IMG/VR virus record: IMGVR_UViG_3300045988_174992
DNA length: 64,000 nucleotides
Direction: 5' to 3' (one strand)
From: a virus
Under the pieces are notes generated by a model. That model did not search any database and was not told the origin of the DNA. It saw only the letters and a program-made list of their open reading frames with translations. The position numbers and the translations under genes were made by a program. Below, piece by piece: positions 26,997-36,250 of this stretch; positions within the stretch are counted from its first letter, which is position 1, and each line of letters begins with the position of its first letter.

Positions 26997-28278
26997 CAAA
27001 TAAGTCAAATTGTACTGTACCATTGCTATTCAACAATGGGAATTTCATTACTTCAAGAAATCTGTTCAATGGATCAAGAACATTCTTTTGCCATTGAACC
27101 GCTTTATCACATGGTGGTGCCCAAGATGGAAGCTCACCAGATGGATATCCAAAGTAATCTGTTTCAGCCTTCTTTGTACTTCCTAATCTTATATTGTAAT
27201 ACTTTACTTTCTGTCCTTGTACAATACGAAGATTTCTCTGATTGTTCTTCTTTGCCAAATAGTTATATCTTGCTGCACATTTTACTGATACTGGAGTCTG
27301 TTTTGCAAACATCAAATCTTCTTCATCACACAATACATATTTCTTGTAATTACCAACATTAATTGACTGTGAAATATCTTCAATAGGAGCAGCCCAGAAT
27401 TTCTTCTTCCATTTATCCAATTTACTGTTGAAATAGAGAATATATTCTTCTTTTGACATTTTACCAGTATCATAAACCAATGACCTTGTCATATCAGTAA
27501 TGATTTCCTTTGCAAGCTTAGGAGAAGTTGTCTTAATAAGTTCAATTCCAACACCAGTAATCTTTGAAGGTGTAAACCATTTGCCTTTTGAATAAGACAT
27601 GGCCTTCAAATATTTCTTTTTCTTCAATGTAATTGTTGCTTCAGAAACAGTTTCCAATTCAAACTCATGAATTGAATGACAATGACGTGGATTGTACATA
27701 TCATTCATCCATTCTGTATTCTGCTTATCAAGAAACTCCTTATTGAATTTCAATATCCATTTGATCTTGTCATCTCGTTCTGGAATACTTGCTAAAGTTT
27801 CTGGTGTCCAACATCTGAAGAAATCACCATATTGGGTATACACAGAATCTGTATCTGAGTATTCACTAATATGCTGTTGCCTAAACCAATCATGCTTTGA
27901 CTCATCAAGTTCAAATCCAAATTTTTCCCACAAATCCTTTCTTTGCCAAATATCTTCATGGAAAAACTCTTCAAGTCTATTCCACATGAATTTTGTCAAA
28001 TTTCTTGCCTCGCAGGTAATATCGGAAGCGCACCTCATGTCGTAGAAATAGAAGAATCTGTTTGCACATGCACCGTACGCCGAGTTATTTAAAAGCTTAC
28101 TGCATAATTCCAACATTGAATTCTCTTCAATAAGATGTTCCAAGTCCTCTTTATATGCTTTAAGCTCTTCCAATGAAAGTGAATATATGTCCCTTCCATC
28201 AAGCTTATCTTTCATAAATTGCTGACACTGCTCAGAGAAAACTTTTTTTTCTCCATATTTCTCTACATTATATTCCAT
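26986..28278 (-). CDS. family-B DNA polymerase, C-terminal (palm/thumb) fragment only
   Basis: KLLNNSAYGACANRFFYFYD is motif B as in T4 gp43 (KLLINSLYGA). YSDTDSVY is motif C. No Exo motifs or motif A. The ORF starts ~60 aa before motif B. Confidence 0.8.
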   Translation of the reverse strand: MEYNVEKYGEKKVFSEQCQQFMKDKLDGRDIYSLSLEELKAYKEDLEHLIEENSMLELCSKLLNNSAYGACANRFFYFYDMRCASDITCEARNLTKFMWNRLEEFFHEDIWQRKDLWEKFGFELDESKHDWFRQQHISEYSDTDSVYTQYGDFFRCWTPETLASIPERDDKIKWILKFNKEFLDKQNTEWMNDMYNPRHCHSIHEFELETVSEATITLKKKKYLKAMSYSKGKWFTPSKITGVGIELIKTTSPKLAKEIITDMTRSLVYDTGKMSKEEYILYFNSKLDKWKKKFWAAPIEDISQSINVGNYKKYVLCDEEDLMFAKQTPVSVKCAARYNYLAKKNNQRNLRIVQGQKVKYYNIRLGSTKKAETDYFGYPSGELPSWAPPCDKAVQWQKNVLDPLNRFLEVMKFPLLNSNGTVQFDLFGDA

Positions 28279-28280
28279 TA

Positions 28281-29348
28281 TTAAATTCTATTTATATATT
28301 CTTTTACTTGATTAATAGTAAAAAATTCAAGATAATTCAAATTATTTCTTTTTGCACATTCTCTTTTCTCAACATCTTTAATAGTCCATGTTGTTATAAT
28401 TTGTGGTAATTTCTTCCAATGTTTATATTTCCTTTTAAGCCTTTCTAATATTACTTGATCTTTAACTGAATTTTTATCATAGGGATTACTACCATGTGTG
28501 TAAAATCCTTGATATTCTATAAACAAATCTTTTGATGGTATGTAAAAGTCACATTTATATGGGTACCTGATCTTATCATAATATTGCCTTATTATATCAG
28601 GATATATTTCTTTCAATAAATTATAACATTCATTTTCTGATTTAGAATTTCTTTTATCCAAAGTACCATTCTTCCTCATTGTAAGATATCCCTTTTTTTG
28701 TACTTCTTTAGATATAGAACTTGCAAACTTTTTGTATTCTTCTGTTTTAGCATAATTATCTACACCATAATGTTTCAAAAAAGTTTGTTTTTTCTTTTCT
28801 GTTATCTTGTTTCTATCTTCTTTAGAAATATATGACCATCTTTCTTTTTGAATATCCGATAAATATGTTTCTCCATATTTATTTTTTATCAATTCAGGAA
28901 TTTTCTTTCTAAACTCTTTGTTACCTAATATAGAATTTGAACCATATTTCTTTTTACAAGTTTCTTTTCTCTTATCTATAAACTCTTTTACACTTAATGT
29001 AGATTTGACCCCATATTTATCTATAATGGATTGCCTCATGTTTTGCAATTTTTCTGGGTCATGTTGTTGACAATAAGATGAACAATATTTTTTCAGACCA
29101 TCTCTATTCCCATAAGACTTTATTTCATTTATGAAAGGAATTCTCTTTCCACAAAGTTTGCAAGTTAATGGTTTATCCAAACCATGCTTTATCAAATAAA
29201 ATGCCTCATATATATTATCTACATTTTCAAATCTAGTTTTAAGATATTCTATTTCTTCTGGAAGTACTTTGCCATATTTTGCTTTTCTATATAGCATGTT
29301 AGTATTCTTCCAGTATTTTGATATCAATACTTCATCTGTTACCTCCAT
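28281..29348 (-). CDS. free-standing endonuclease candidate (Vsr/DUF559-like PD-(D/E)XK C-terminal domain)
   Basis: C-terminus SKSENECYNLLKEI...YKCDFYIPSKDLFIEYQGFYTHG fits the S..E...L....DF.....L.IE..G..H pattern. N-terminal CxxC plus four KYG[VSE] repeats. Confidence 0.5.
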   Translation of the reverse strand: MEVTDEVLISKYWKNTNMLYRKAKYGKVLPEEIEYLKTRFENVDNIYEAFYLIKHGLDKPLTCKLCGKRIPFINEIKSYGNRDGLKKYCSSYCQQHDPEKLQNMRQSIIDKYGVKSTLSVKEFIDKRKETCKKKYGSNSILGNKEFRKKIPELIKNKYGETYLSDIQKERWSYISKEDRNKITEKKKQTFLKHYGVDNYAKTEEYKKFASSISKEVQKKGYLTMRKNGTLDKRNSKSENECYNLLKEIYPDIIRQYYDKIRYPYKCDFYIPSKDLFIEYQGFYTHGSNPYDKNSVKDQVILERLKRKYKHWKKLPQIITTWTIKDVEKRECAKRNNLNYLEFFTINQVKEYINRI

Positions 29349-29355
29349 ATATTAG

Positions 29356-29386
29356 AATATAGAAAATGGACACTACTTTGTTCAAA
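29356..29386 (-). promoter_or_regulatory. phage promoter embedded in a terminator hairpin
   Basis: Reverse complement reads TTTGAACA-N14-TTCTATATT. The -10 box ends 7 nt before ATG 29348. Confidence 0.45.
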
Positions 29387-29397
29387 GCAATGTCCAT
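29366..29397 (-). terminator. hairpin terminator
   Basis: ATGGACA/TGTCCAT plus CTTTG/CAAAG stems downstream of 29418..29792, followed by T-rich sequence. Confidence 0.5.
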
Positions 29398-29417
29398 TTC
29401 ATTTACAAATAAAGGAC

Positions 29418-29792
29418 TTAGATGCAGTCCTTCAAGAAGTCAAGCTCATCATCTGTCAAACCTGTTACCTTAGCATTAGGGAACAATGTGTTGTGGATCT
29501 TGACTGCAATCTTGATCTTTCGAGCTAGAACAGCCATAGACTGAGCTGTGGTATTCACCTTATTGAGAATCTTGACTGGATCAATTGCTTTCAAATTAGT
29601 AGCAACATCTGTGGTATTTGTGATACCCAAGTCAAGTGAATTCTCGAGATCATTCTGCATATTACGATAGTCCTGTACCATCTTAGCTACATCCATCTCA
29701 GACTGTGTCTGAATTGATCGTGTTGCGTTCTTTACACGAATATCCTTTACTTGCTTTGCACTTCCACCAATAATTGACTCAAAACTCTGCAT
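29418..29792 (-). CDS. hypothetical protein
   Basis: 124-aa ORF after promoter 29855..29883. Confidence 0.6.
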   Translation of the reverse strand: MQSFESIIGGSAKQVKDIRVKNATRSIQTQSEMDVAKMVQDYRNMQNDLENSLDLGITNTTDVATNLKAIDPVKILNKVNTTAQSMAVLARKIKIAVKIHNTLFPNAKVTGLTDDELDFLKDCI

Positions 29793-29854
29793 AATTCTTT
29801 CTTAATTTAAATTGTTAAAAATATTTGTTTGTTGTATATATTAAATACGTTTAT

Positions 29855-29883
29855 AATATAGAAAAGCTTCAAAAAATTTCAAA
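29855..29883 (-). promoter_or_regulatory. phage promoter, TTTGAAAT / TTCTATATT class
   Basis: Reverse complement reads TTTGAAAT-N12-TTCTATATTAT. Confidence 0.6.
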
Positions 29884-29903
29884 CTATTTATATAAAACTA
29901 TTT

Positions 29904-30293
29904 CTACAAAAGAAGCATATCAACATTATCAGAACTTGCATAGGGTATAGAATAAGAAACTTCATTCTTTGTATCTGGTTTATTTTTCTTAAGTTTCCTA
30001 GGAATAGTTGTCAATTCTTTAAGTAACTCATCTTGCTTAGTATACTTATTGTTTCTCAACTCCGTATGCATCTTTTCCAACATTTCAATCTTATACTGAA
30101 GATATTCAATATGTTTTCTTAGAATCATCTTACAAGAAAGACCAATGTCATAATCATCAGTACTGAAATTCCTAGTATCATTCAAAAAACTTCTTATTAC
30201 ATTGAGTTCTACTTTGGAATCCATCAATTTGTTGCTAATAGTATCGCCATTTGGTGATGCAATAATATCCTTAATTAATTCAATTTCTTCCAT
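29904..30293 (-). CDS. hypothetical protein
   Basis: 129-aa ORF. Confidence 0.55.
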   Translation of the reverse strand: MEEIELIKDIIASPNGDTISNKLMDSKVELNVIRSFLNDTRNFSTDDYDIGLSCKMILRKHIEYLQYKIEMLEKMHTELRNNKYTKQDELLKELTTIPRKLKKNKPDTKNEVSYSIPYASSDNVDMLLL

Positions 30294-30365
30294 ATTTATT
30301 CTTTCTGTTATTCATAATCAATTCAGCTCTAGTATATATAACATAGCCATTATCATCAATTTACA

Positions 30366-30680
30366 TCATAACAATACCTCACTTTCTTTATTTGCAAATA
30401 CATTATCTTCTTTACTCTTGCCAAGTTCATAAGGTCTCATAGATCCACAGATGAATGTCCAACCTTTCTTCAGATAAGGCTTGTCAGAAATATAAGACAA
30501 GATTCTCTCTCGTTGGCTAGGACTAGTCCATTCCTTTTCCATGTTATTGTCTGGGTTGGTACAATACATAGCCATGTCATCATCATTGAACCAATCATCT
30601 GGGTCTGGATCTGGCACGATAGCATGGTACTTGCACTTCAGACACTTCTTATCACAAAACTTCTTTTCACTCATAAGCAT
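30366..30680 (-). CDS. Cys-rich small protein
   Basis: CDKKCLKCKYH near the N-terminus. 104 aa. First gene after promoter 30702..30730. Confidence 0.55.
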   Translation of the reverse strand: MLMSEKKFCDKKCLKCKYHAIVPDPDPDDWFNDDDMAMYCTNPDNNMEKEWTSPSQRERILSYISDKPYLKKGWTFICGSMRPYELGKSKEDNVFANKESEVLL

Positions 30681-30701
30681 AATATTTATTTAACATATAA
30701 A

Positions 30702-30730
30702 AGATAGAATATTTTGTAGAAATTTCAAAC
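30702..30730 (-). promoter_or_regulatory. phage promoter, TTTGAAAT / TTCTATATT class (variant -10)
   Basis: Reverse complement reads TTTGAAAT-N12-TTCTATCTT. Confidence 0.5.
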
Positions 30731-30739
30731 AAATAATCT

Positions 30740-32070
30740 AACTTTTAGAAAATTTTTATGATATTTCTATTTTTATAAATAATTGAAATTAATTTATATA
30801 AAATACTATATTAAATTATAAGATATAAATTTATTCCTAATATATGAAACTTAAGCTAACACAACAAATTATCATAGGGCAGAAGCATAAGAATTATGCT
30901 TCACTTGATATACTGTGTTGGCTTTCTAAGAATCTTTATAACCAAGCTTTGTATCAGATAAGACAGCAATATAGTAAAGACAAGACTTATCTTGGTTATT
31001 CTAAGCTATATAGACTATTATATGATACAAAGCAACCAGATTATTTTGCTTTACCATATACTCAATGTAGCCAGCAAATACTACGTTTAGTTGATAAAAC
31101 ATATACTTCATTCTTTAAAGGAATAAAGTCAGCTAAGAATAAAGGAAAGAAAGTCAGACTTCCTAAGTATAAAGATAAAGAAAATGGAAGGTATGTATTT
31201 GTATATACCAGTCAATGTATCAAGGTAAAGGATGGCATTCTAAGACTTAAAGTGAACAAGACTGATTTCATTTACTTTAATTGTGACAAGGAAGATGTAT
31301 GCCAAGTAAGAATAGTACCTAAAGGAAATCATATAGTAGTAGAAATAATATATCAAGTAGAATATGAACTGAAGAAAGATAATGGAAATTATGCTAGCAT
31401 AGATCTTGGAATTGACAATATAGTTACTTTAGCTTCTAACTCAGCTCAATCCGTTCTTTATAATGGAAGACCATTGAAAGCAATAAATCACTTTTACAAC
31501 AAGAGAAAAGCTGAGTTGCAATCTAAGGTAAAGACTAAGTCAACTAAGAGAATAAAGCGTTTGAATGGTAAGAGAAACAGAAAGGTAAAAGACTTCATGC
31601 ATAAGCTAAGTCATGCCATAGTATGTTACATGGAATCAAACAACATAAATACATTGATTGTAGGAAAGAATGTTGGTTGGAAAGACAGTATCAAGCTAGG
31701 GCATGTTGTAAATCAAAACTTTGTTTCAATACCATACAATATGCTAATACAGATGCTAGAGTATAAGTGTAAGCTAAAAGGTATCACATTCATTGTGGTA
31801 AATGAAGCATATACTTCAAAGTGTAGTTTCATGGACAATGAAAATATTTGCAAGCACAAAGTATATGCTGGATCTAGAATAAGAAGAGGATTGTTTGTAA
31901 CAAAGAATGGACTTAGACTAAATGCAGATATAAATGGAGCTTTGAATATAATGGTACTAGGTTGTACTAAGATAAATGTAAAACGTGATGCTCTAGTAAT
32001 AGAGCCAGCGAATATGAGGTTTGTAGTGAACCCAATTAGATTGACTTTAAGTCAATAGAATGAAATTTTA
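30740..32070 (+). mobile_element. TnpB-only IS200/IS605-like element (boundaries approximate)
   Basis: tnpB sits alone between the minus-strand promoter (30702..30730) and the first fibre gene. No tnpA seen. Ends not defined. Confidence 0.35.
30844..32058 (+). CDS. tnpB: TnpB (IS200/IS605-family OrfB, RNA-guided RuvC-like nuclease)
   Basis: RuvC triad in order: ASIDLGIDN (D), VVNEAYTSKCS (E), LNADINGALNI (D). 404 aa. The TSKCSF...RRGLF subtype lacks the second CxxC pair. Confidence 0.85.
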   Translation: MKLKLTQQIIIGQKHKNYASLDILCWLSKNLYNQALYQIRQQYSKDKTYLGYSKLYRLLYDTKQPDYFALPYTQCSQQILRLVDKTYTSFFKGIKSAKNKGKKVRLPKYKDKENGRYVFVYTSQCIKVKDGILRLKVNKTDFIYFNCDKEDVCQVRIVPKGNHIVVEIIYQVEYELKKDNGNYASIDLGIDNIVTLASNSAQSVLYNGRPLKAINHFYNKRKAELQSKVKTKSTKRIKRLNGKRNRKVKDFMHKLSHAIVCYMESNNINTLIVGKNVGWKDSIKLGHVVNQNFVSIPYNMLIQMLEYKCKLKGITFIVVNEAYTSKCSFMDNENICKHKVYAGSRIRRGLFVTKNGLRLNADINGALNIMVLGCTKINVKRDALVIEPANMRFVVNPIRLTLSQ

Positions 32071-32137
32071 TTTGAAATTTATTTGTTTATGTTATTTTTA
32101 TATACATAAAATAAATAAATAAATAATAAAATACACT

Positions 32138-33229
32138 ATGACATTAACAAATTTGAATAAGCTTTTTGTTCGTGTTACAGAGGCTGGGCTTCGTGATGCA
32201 GTCATTAATAAATCTAAGGAGTCTAACAACAATAAGATTTACTTCTTAACAAAATCTCAAGAAATTGTTACTCAGGGTGTTGCTTATGGTCTTTCTACCG
32301 ATGTCCAGGCACAGATTGCTAACATCAAGTCTATCTTGAAGTCATTTGACAATAATGGTCATGGTACAGAGGATTCAGTAAAGTCTGCTATCGATGCTGT
32401 ACAGGCTGCTCTTGATGCATATAAAGCAGAAAATGATGCTAAGCGTGCTCTTCTTGTTAAGACAGTTGCTTACAATGCTGATACTAAGACTATCGACTTC
32501 ACATCAGAAAATGGTACAACAGTTCAGCATATCAATGCTAGTGATATCATTGGCAACCATGTTGTAAAGAGTTCTTCTTATGATGCATCTACTAATAAAT
32601 TGAAGCTCACATTTGGTGGTGCTAGTGAAGATGTTGATGTTGATATCGACCTTGGTCAGATGCTTGACATGAATGACGTCATCTCTGGTGATGTTGCACA
32701 CTTCACAGTTAACTATGCTGAGAAGAAACTTACTATCAAGCCAGTTACTGCAAAAGTTGCTAGTGATACAGTAGGTCTTGCTGATGCTAAGGATGTTAAG
32801 TCTTATGTTGATGCTGCTGTTAGCGGTGCACAGGATACTCTCCAGGCTGCTATCGATACTATCAATAGTAAGCTCAATATTATTCAAGGTGCAGAAAGCG
32901 TAGAGGGCTCTATCAATAAGGCATTGAAGGATGCTAAGGAATATGCAGATGGCCTTAATTCAGCTGCTAATGCTGCTATTACAAAGGAAATTTCTGATCG
33001 TCAGGCTGCTGACCAAGCATTGTATGGTGGTGTAATCCCTGCTGATGGTGCTTCTACTATCTCTGGTAATGCTACTAACATCGCTGCTTTAGTAGCTGCT
33101 CTTGAAACTGAGAAGACAAATCGTGAAGCTGCTGATAACGCTGAAAAGACTGCTCGTGAAGCTGCTATCAAGGAGATTACAGATGCATTAGCTGATCCTG
33201 CTACATTCTGGGAAGATTACACTTCTTAA
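32138..33229 (+). CDS. tail-fibre-like protein (Ala-rich, coiled-coil)
   Basis: Shares the N-terminal module (KLFVRV...KIYFLTKSQEIVTQGVAYG) with 34144.. and the LRR fibre genes. Ala/Asp-rich repeats. Confidence 0.5.
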   Translation: MTLTNLNKLFVRVTEAGLRDAVINKSKESNNNKIYFLTKSQEIVTQGVAYGLSTDVQAQIANIKSILKSFDNNGHGTEDSVKSAIDAVQAALDAYKAENDAKRALLVKTVAYNADTKTIDFTSENGTTVQHINASDIIGNHVVKSSSYDASTNKLKLTFGGASEDVDVDIDLGQMLDMNDVISGDVAHFTVNYAEKKLTIKPVTAKVASDTVGLADAKDVKSYVDAAVSGAQDTLQAAIDTINSKLNIIQGAESVEGSINKALKDAKEYADGLNSAANAAITKEISDRQAADQALYGGVIPADGASTISGNATNIAALVAALETEKTNREAADNAEKTAREAAIKEITDALADPATFWEDYTS

Positions 33230-33250
33230 TCTAAAATGATATGAATATGG

Positions 33251-33290
33251 TCAAGGTATCACAAGGATGACACCTTGATTTATTTTTAAT
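33251..33290 (+). terminator. rho-independent terminator
   Basis: TCAAGGT...ACCTTGA hairpin followed by TTTATTTTT. Confidence 0.55.
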
Positions 33291-33312
33291 CAACAAAATT
33301 GAACAACAACTA

Positions 33313-34104
33313 ATGGGAAATGTAAAGATATCTGAACTACCTTATGCATCAAAAATAGATGATGATGCATTGGTTGTTCTCGTTCAAGACCATGCTAATA
33401 AAGTTGTTACTGTTGATGAGCTTTCTCAAAAGATAAATGAGAAACAAAACCACACTATAGACCATCTATGGCATGAACTTAGACGTGCAACAGGTATGGA
33501 AACCGTAAGGGCTATATCTAATACTGTTTCTAATCATGAATATAGAATAGATGGAATAGAGAAGCTGAATGGAAAGCAAGATAGACAATTGGCAAGCTTG
33601 ACTAATGCTATGCGTGAAATCTCTGCTAGACAACATTCACATCATGATGATATCAATATATTGCAGACTGGTGTAAAAGAAAATCGTCGTTCATTAGCCT
33701 ATCTAAATTTCCGTGTGGATGGTGTTATTGATGATACTTATACGTACTTTAACAACATCAATCAAATTCAAGCTGATTTAGCAGCAGCAATTAAAAAGCA
33801 TGCAGATGACTTGTCTTATACTTATGATTATATTGAGAGAGCAGCTGAAGCTGCTAAAACATATTGCAATACTTACACTTCTACTGAAGTAGATAACAAT
33901 TGGGCATACACATATTCAGCTTATGCCTATCTTTCCACTTATGTTCATTTTAGTCCTAATGAATATTGGGGTATAATAAATGGATCTACATATAGTCTAT
34001 ATGGTACATGGGCTGATAATTATGTTCCAACCACTGAAGGATCCGATACTGGTAATGTAGGTAATAAAAATCAATGTGCTCCTGGATGTCCATGTGGACA
34101 ATAA
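33313..34104 (+). CDS. putative virion/tail-fibre-associated protein
   Basis: The N-terminus VKISELPYASKIDDDALVVLVQ is of a type common in fibre proteins. Located in the fibre array. Confidence 0.4.
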   Translation: MGNVKISELPYASKIDDDALVVLVQDHANKVVTVDELSQKINEKQNHTIDHLWHELRRATGMETVRAISNTVSNHEYRIDGIEKLNGKQDRQLASLTNAMREISARQHSHHDDINILQTGVKENRRSLAYLNFRVDGVIDDTYTYFNNINQIQADLAAAIKKHADDLSYTYDYIERAAEAAKTYCNTYTSTEVDNNWAYTYSAYAYLSTYVHFSPNEYWGIINGSTYSLYGTWADNYVPTTEGSDTGNVGNKNQCAPGCPCGQ

Positions 34105-34143
34105 AATAAAACAAATATTAAATATAACTAGTTATAAAATAAT

Positions 34144-35778
34144 ATGGCTGATTTAAAGAAAGTATTTATTTATGTAAAAGCTGATTCAACTACTATTGTC
34201 GATTCATTGAGACAGCAAGTTGTAACTAAAAGTGCAACAGACTATAATGACAGAATTTTCTTCTTAGCTGATACTGAAGAAATTGTTACTCATGGCCATG
34301 TATTTGGTGTATCTAAAGAAACAGTAGCTCACCTTGAAAATCTTGATAATGCTATTAAAAAGATTACTGGTGTTGAATTTGAAAAACTTACCGGTGCTGA
34401 AACTTTTGAAATTGTAGATGACACTGCCAAGTCAACTATTGCTAAATATGTAGCAAAGAAGATGACTACAGTTTCTGCTAAAGCAGATTCTGCAGTTACT
34501 GTTACTCCTCAAGATGTTGATGGTCACAAGAATTACGAAGTAGCTGTAATAGCTGATGAGCTTACAGTAGTTACTAAGGCTGGTAAGCTTACTTCTGGTT
34601 TGCAACTTGTTTATGCTAACAAGCAAACAACAGTAGATGGTATTGATGCTGGTCACCCAAGCATGTATCTTGCTGACAAGAATGGTACTAAGGTAGGTAC
34701 TGCTGTTGATGTTAATGATTTCATCGTTGATGGAATGATTAGTTCAGTAGAGTATGTTGCCCAAGGTGAAGATGGTCTTCCAGCTATTAAGATTACATGG
34801 AATGCTGATGGAGAGAATAAGGTAACTTATATCCCTATGGCTGATGTATTCAAGCTTGAAGAAATTCATACTGGTACTCCTACATATATCGCAGTAAAGA
34901 AGACAACTCCTACTCATGAGAATGATCCTCATCAAGGTGATGTTGATGGTGGTATGTGTTATGAAGTTAATGCTGTAGTTGATGACACTGACTTGAGAGT
35001 TGCTACTACTGTTACTCATACACCAGCAGATGAGGCTCATAACACAGAAGAAAGCTATGCTGCTTCTATTACTTCAGGTATGGGTGCTAACAACTTTGCA
35101 GATATTAGTGGTTTAGCTGATTCTGTTAAGGTAGCTGATAAGTTCAAGGCTACTGATGAGTTGATTGCTGCTGTTGCTAATCGTGCTATTGAACGCGACA
35201 AAACTTTGACTGCTGGTATCGAGCAAAAGATCCAAGCATTACGAGATTCTCTTGACCAAGAAGTTGAAAATCGTACAAATGGTGATGCTGATCTCCAGAA
35301 TAAGATTGATGAAATCAATTCTACTTCAGAAGATCTTGTTGCTCATCCAACATCTGTAGCTGCTAAGATTGCAAGTCTTCGTGATAGCCTTGTAGCAGAA
35401 CTTCATGCTCAAGATGCTGTAGAAAAACCTCTTATTACTGTAAGCCTTAAACAAGAAGCTGGTAGAATTAAGGATCTTGCAGTTACAAGTAAGACAGACA
35501 CATTGATGTCAGATGTTAAGCTTGCTGGTATCGATGGACAAGTAACTGTAGGTGCTAAGACTTATTATGTTAAGGATCTCAATGCTATTGCTGCTCATGA
35601 TCCTGCATTGGTAACAACCCAGGATGCATGGTTGTATGGTCAAGCATTGATGACTACTGTAAAGTCTGATAACAATCAGTACATCAAGGTAGAGAATAAT
35701 GCTGGTAAACTTATGATTCAATATGAACCATGGGCAGAAATTCACTCAGTAGGTGAGTTGAATGCTCTTTACAAGTAA
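34144..35778 (+). CDS. tail-fibre-like protein
   Basis: N-terminal module KKVFIYV...RIFFLADTEEIVTHGHVFG. 544 aa. Terminator follows. Confidence 0.5.
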   Translation: MADLKKVFIYVKADSTTIVDSLRQQVVTKSATDYNDRIFFLADTEEIVTHGHVFGVSKETVAHLENLDNAIKKITGVEFEKLTGAETFEIVDDTAKSTIAKYVAKKMTTVSAKADSAVTVTPQDVDGHKNYEVAVIADELTVVTKAGKLTSGLQLVYANKQTTVDGIDAGHPSMYLADKNGTKVGTAVDVNDFIVDGMISSVEYVAQGEDGLPAIKITWNADGENKVTYIPMADVFKLEEIHTGTPTYIAVKKTTPTHENDPHQGDVDGGMCYEVNAVVDDTDLRVATTVTHTPADEAHNTEESYAASITSGMGANNFADISGLADSVKVADKFKATDELIAAVANRAIERDKTLTAGIEQKIQALRDSLDQEVENRTNGDADLQNKIDEINSTSEDLVAHPTSVAAKIASLRDSLVAELHAQDAVEKPLITVSLKQEAGRIKDLAVTSKTDTLMSDVKLAGIDGQVTVGAKTYYVKDLNAIAAHDPALVTTQDAWLYGQALMTTVKSDNNQYIKVENNAGKLMIQYEPWAEIHSVGELNALYK

Positions 35779-35822
35779 TTTATATAACTTATACTTTATA
35801 ACTTAAATATTTCTAATGTATA

Positions 35823-35860
35823 AAGGACAGGACAATCAAGTTCTGTCCTTTTTATTTTTA
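35823..35860 (+). terminator. rho-independent terminator
   Basis: AAGGACAG...CTGTCCTT hairpin followed by TTTATTTTT. Confidence 0.7.
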
Positions 35861-35965
35861 TATAAATGAAAACAGTAAGACACCGACAGTAAGACTTACG
35901 GATTTTATATTTACAAATGTTAATCTGTTTGGTGTCATTTACAAATTAACATATTTTAAATTAAA

Positions 35966-36250
35966 ATGGCAAATACAACATTTCCTATTCATAAACTATT
36001 TAGAGTATATGAAACATTAGACCAGTTTGATGCAGAAGCAAATCACCCAGAAAATAAGATATGCTTCATCAAAGATAAGAGAATAATCTATGCTAATGGG
36101 GTTGAATATACCAATGAGCAGATGTATAATGATAATATAACTGATGATATCAAAGATGCTGCTAAATTCAAGACTGTTTATAATGCATTATTAGATGAAC
36201 TGAAGAACAGAAACTATATGGAGTTATCCAAAGATGGTGAAAATATTTAA
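35966..36250 (+). CDS. stand-alone fibre N-terminal adaptor module
   Basis: 94 aa. LFRVYETLDQFDAEANHPENKICFIKDKRIIYANGVEY matches the N-termini of the three LRR fibre genes but lacks an LRR part. Confidence 0.5.
   Translation: MANTTFPIHKLFRVYETLDQFDAEANHPENKICFIKDKRIIYANGVEYTNEQMYNDNITDDIKDAAKFKTVYNALLDELKNRNYMELSKDGENI

Noticed and set aside
26986-29348. Intein or group I intron interrupting the polymerase
   Set aside because: The endonuclease ORF has its own promoter, start and stop and is not in frame with the polymerase fragment. Nothing polymerase-like lies upstream of it, so neither protein splicing nor RNA splicing can rejoin the halves locally.
30844-32058. Degenerate zinc finger as a sign that TnpB is inactive
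   Set aside because: The TSKCSF...RRGLF...NADINGA arrangement, without the second CxxC, is to my recollection a normal TnpB subtype. All three RuvC catalytic residues are present.
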